DNA of 64,000 nt, from positions 1,344,001-1,408,000 of the forward strand of contig OZ253449.1 in assembly GCA_965261345.1 (NCBI GenBank), in the 5' to 3' direction. Both the position numbers and the translations under genes were made by a program. Origin of the DNA: Chloroflexota bacterium. Lineage in GTDB: Bacteria; Chloroflexota; UBA11872; VXNJ01. A model generated the notes under the pieces. The model saw only the letters and a list, made by a program, of their open reading frames with translations. It did not search any database and was not told where the DNA came from. This document shows, one piece after another, positions 61,449 to 64,000 of the stretch (positions within the stretch are counted from its first letter, which is position 1; every line of letters starts with the position of its first letter).

Positions 61449-62651
61449 TTGAAGCTGGTTGCGGTCCGGAGCCAGACTGATCGCGGCGCGCTGCGCACGC
61501 TGCTGCTGCTGCTGCCGATTTCATTCCTGGCCGCCGGCGGCTGGGCGACGACGATGTCCTTTTTGTCAAGCTTTGCGGCCACCGAATTCGATGTGGGGAT
61601 CCTCTCGGCCGCCCTGATCATGATCGCCGTGCATGCCGGATCTTTCATTGCCGGTGGAGCGCTGGCGCTGCAGGTCATCAACCGCTGGGGATCCAAGGCC
61701 GCCTACACATCGGGGATGGGGATCATGGCTGTGTACTTGGCGATCCTGGGATTGACCCAGAACCTGATCCTGGGAATCCCCTTCGGCCTACTGGGTGGGT
61801 TGGGGCTGGCCATGCATTGGACCGGATTTCAGAACTACGTATTGGAGATCGCCCCACCCAATCACCGCGGCCTGGTTTCCGGGGTGGCCTCCTTCATCCT
61901 CATCGGCTCGGTCGGAGTGACCGGACTGGTGCTCGGGTTCGTCACCGGCGACGGCGGGTTTGCACGCTTCGTGGCGATTTCCGGAACGATGGTCGGCGTC
62001 GCTTTCGTGCTCGCAATTGCGTTTTTGCCCAACCTGGGCGTCAGCGCGGGCAAGCGTCCGCCCGGGAATGTGTTCGCGGGTCTTCGCGATCGCAATCTGC
62101 GACAAATGACGTATGTGCGTTCGGCCCAGGCCGCCGCCTACGCGTTGTTTAACCTGATGGCCGGTCCGCGGTTGTACGAGGTCGGCGGCGGTCTCGAGTT
62201 CGTGGGACTGCTCGCCTTTGCCGGATCGATGGCCGGCGGGGTCGCGCAGCTGGTGGTCGGCCGCCTCTCGGACGTTCTGGGGCGCACCGGTCTGCTTTTT
62301 CTCCTGCTGGCGCTGACCATACTTTCTTGCGTGAGCTTCATCATGCTGGACAACGTCTACCTGTTGTTGCTGGTAACTTCGCTACATTGGTTCGCCCAGA
62401 TGGGCTTCCAGACCGTACTGGTGCCGTTGGGTGGCGACCTTTCGCCGCCGGGCCGCAGCGCCAATGCTATGGCCCTGCAGACGGTGGCGTTTTCGTTCGG
62501 CCTGGTAGGCGGGGCCCTCTACGTGGGCCTGTTTTCAGCATCGCCCTGGCCCGACGCCGGCTTCCTGGTTACCGCCGCGCTCCTCGCCCTGGCGGTACCG
62601 GCAGTGTTCAAGCTCAGAGCCGCGGTGGCCCTGATGGCGCCGGCGCCGTGA
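61449..62651 (+). CDS. MFS transporter, paralog of the upstream gene
   Basis: About 12 TM segments; NRWGSK, HWTG, GRLSDVLGR, HWFAQ shared with the neighbour. Confidence 0.9.
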   Translation: MKLVAVRSQTDRGALRTLLLLLPISFLAAGGWATTMSFLSSFAATEFDVGILSAALIMIAVHAGSFIAGGALALQVINRWGSKAAYTSGMGIMAVYLAILGLTQNLILGIPFGLLGGLGLAMHWTGFQNYVLEIAPPNHRGLVSGVASFILIGSVGVTGLVLGFVTGDGGFARFVAISGTMVGVAFVLAIAFLPNLGVSAGKRPPGNVFAGLRDRNLRQMTYVRSAQAAAYALFNLMAGPRLYEVGGGLEFVGLLAFAGSMAGGVAQLVVGRLSDVLGRTGLLFLLLALTILSCVSFIMLDNVYLLLLVTSLHWFAQMGFQTVLVPLGGDLSPPGRSANAMALQTVAFSFGLVGGALYVGLFSASPWPDAGFLVTAALLALAVPAVFKLRAAVALMAPAP

Positions 62652-62899
62652 TCGCTACCATCCGTAGGCGCCTGCTTAACGCCTGCGCCCACCCACCGAT
62701 CGTAGGAATTCCGTTGGCGCGCGGTCTTTGTGAGAATGACTTTCCGGGTTTGGTCGGGACGGGTGCCGCCGGCTAGGGCCTGACGCTGGGTGCCGCGATC
62801 GCCGTAACGGCGATCGGCACCGGATGCGTCTTCTTCTACCCGGCGCAGCGATACCGCTGGACCGCCGCCGGACTGGCCGTCGATGGAGTCTTCTTCCTG

Positions 62900-62996
62900 G
62901 TTTCCAATCCGACTGCAGAGGAACTTGCGGTCGGCCACGTCCATCGGCAGCTGCACCAGGACCGGGCCCGTTGGGCACATCCTGATGTGCCCGCAC
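62900..62996 (-). pseudogene. Short thiamine-PP enzyme (acetolactate synthase-like) remnant
   Basis: PTGPVLVQLPMDV matches the GPV...P.DV motif. Very short. Confidence 0.45.
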
Positions 62997-63011
62997 TAAT
63001 CGATGCAGGCC

Positions 63012-64000
63012 CTACTTTCCCGGCGAATACCTGGCGTCCCGCTCAAACGGATACAGGGGACGGCGCCGGGATTGGTAATCAAAAGATGAGAGGTCCGCGG
63101 TGGTGACCCCGGGCGTGTTGACCAGGATGATGCTCGACGCGATGGGCTGGTAGGCGGGCCGGGGAGAGACGACTCCCTTGGCGACCACCACCCGAAATCT
63201 TTCCGGCCACACGCCCACCGAATACATCTGCTCGCGCGAGGTGTTGCCGTGCCGGTTGCTGGTGAGCACCAGCGTGTGGTGATCAGATGTCTCCAGAACC
63301 GCGGTTTTACCGGCATCAAAGAATCGATAGCCGCCGTGGGTGGGACGGGCGTCCTCGTACCTGCCGTCGGAAAGCCTGCTGACCCGGCCTTCGACTCGAA
63401 CCGGCGACCCGTGAAGGTCGTCAGTTTTGGCGCCGACCAAGATGTTGAGCGTGCCGCCAACGCCGGCCGTCACACACTTTTGCACCGCTTCTGGATCGTA
63501 GAGGGATTGCAACAGACCGGATATGCCCATCCGTTGGGCCTGGCTCAGGATTACGGTCGAATCTGCCGAGGACCCGCCGCCGATGTTGTCGCCGACATCC
63601 ATTAGCACCACCGGCCCGGCTGGCGGGTTGGCGTCATATCGCGCCAAGGCCATCTCCAGTGCCTTCCTTGCGCCCGGCACTTCCACGTTCATCTCGGACC
63701 GGCGGGCAAAGGCGCGCGTTGCCATCCAGCGGGAACGCGAACGGGCCAAGTCGAGGTCCCCGTCGGCAATGGCGAGGAACGACATGCCCATCTCTTCCAC
63801 ATCGGCATAGGGGTACCCTTCTGCTATCGATGTGGAGAGCATCCCCGGCTCTGATTGGACCCGAAGCGAGTCCTCCACCAGAGATTTCATCGGTTCTTCG
63901 CCGGTGAACTGTTTAACGATGTTGACCACCATTGGCGGGATTTCGAGCCACTGCTGCGGACGGATCTGGCCCCCGGCGGTTCGAAAGATCATCTCGGCGC
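63012..64000 (-). CDS. M81-family metallopeptidase (MlrC-like), 5' part outside the window
   Basis: TGEEPM, GYPYADVEEMG, DVGDNIGGGSSADS, VVVAKG, VNTPG. Confidence 0.9.
   Translation of the reverse strand, partial: AEMIFRTAGGQIRPQQWLEIPPMVVNIVKQFTGEEPMKSLVEDSLRVQSEPGMLSTSIAEGYPYADVEEMGMSFLAIADGDLDLARSRSRWMATRAFARRSEMNVEVPGARKALEMALARYDANPPAGPVVLMDVGDNIGGGSSADSTVILSQAQRMGISGLLQSLYDPEAVQKCVTAGVGGTLNILVGAKTDDLHGSPVRVEGRVSRLSDGRYEDARPTHGGYRFFDAGKTAVLETSDHHTLVLTSNRHGNTSREQMYSVGVWPERFRVVVAKGVVSPRPAYQPIASSIILVNTPGVTTADLSSFDYQSRRRPLYPFERDARYSPGK

Overview
A GC-rich bacterial window, probably Chloroflexota and plausibly a host- or sponge-associated lineage. That assignment is an inference from a cadherin/spondin surface protein with a Chloroflexi-type C-terminal repeat, two ankyrin proteins and several sulfatases. 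The window mixes catabolic genes (sulfatases, GS-like ligase, GMC oxidoreductase, class III aminotransferases, aldo/keto reductases, HAD, HDAC, MlrC peptidase, MFS and ABC transporters) with many IS elements (two IS1182, one IS256, IS21 remnants) and many decayed genes. The standout feature is a visibly more AT-rich island at about 23.6-32.6 kb made of candidate anti-phage genes: a 1018-aa SF2 helicase with a C-terminal nuclease-like domain, a ThsB-like TIR gene translationally coupled to a small multi-TM (RipA/8xMP-like) protein with no ThsA, a lone DGQHR protein and a lone OLD nuclease. The TIR plus membrane-protein pair is the best candidate for an undescribed Thoeris-like system. Other notable items are a degenerate tRNA-Arg(CCT)-like sequence, a hydrolase whose two ends lie 6.7 kb apart, a duplication with reciprocal decay, exact 441-bp coding repeats and a likely ATT start codon. 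All family calls come from reading motifs by eye; no database searches were run.
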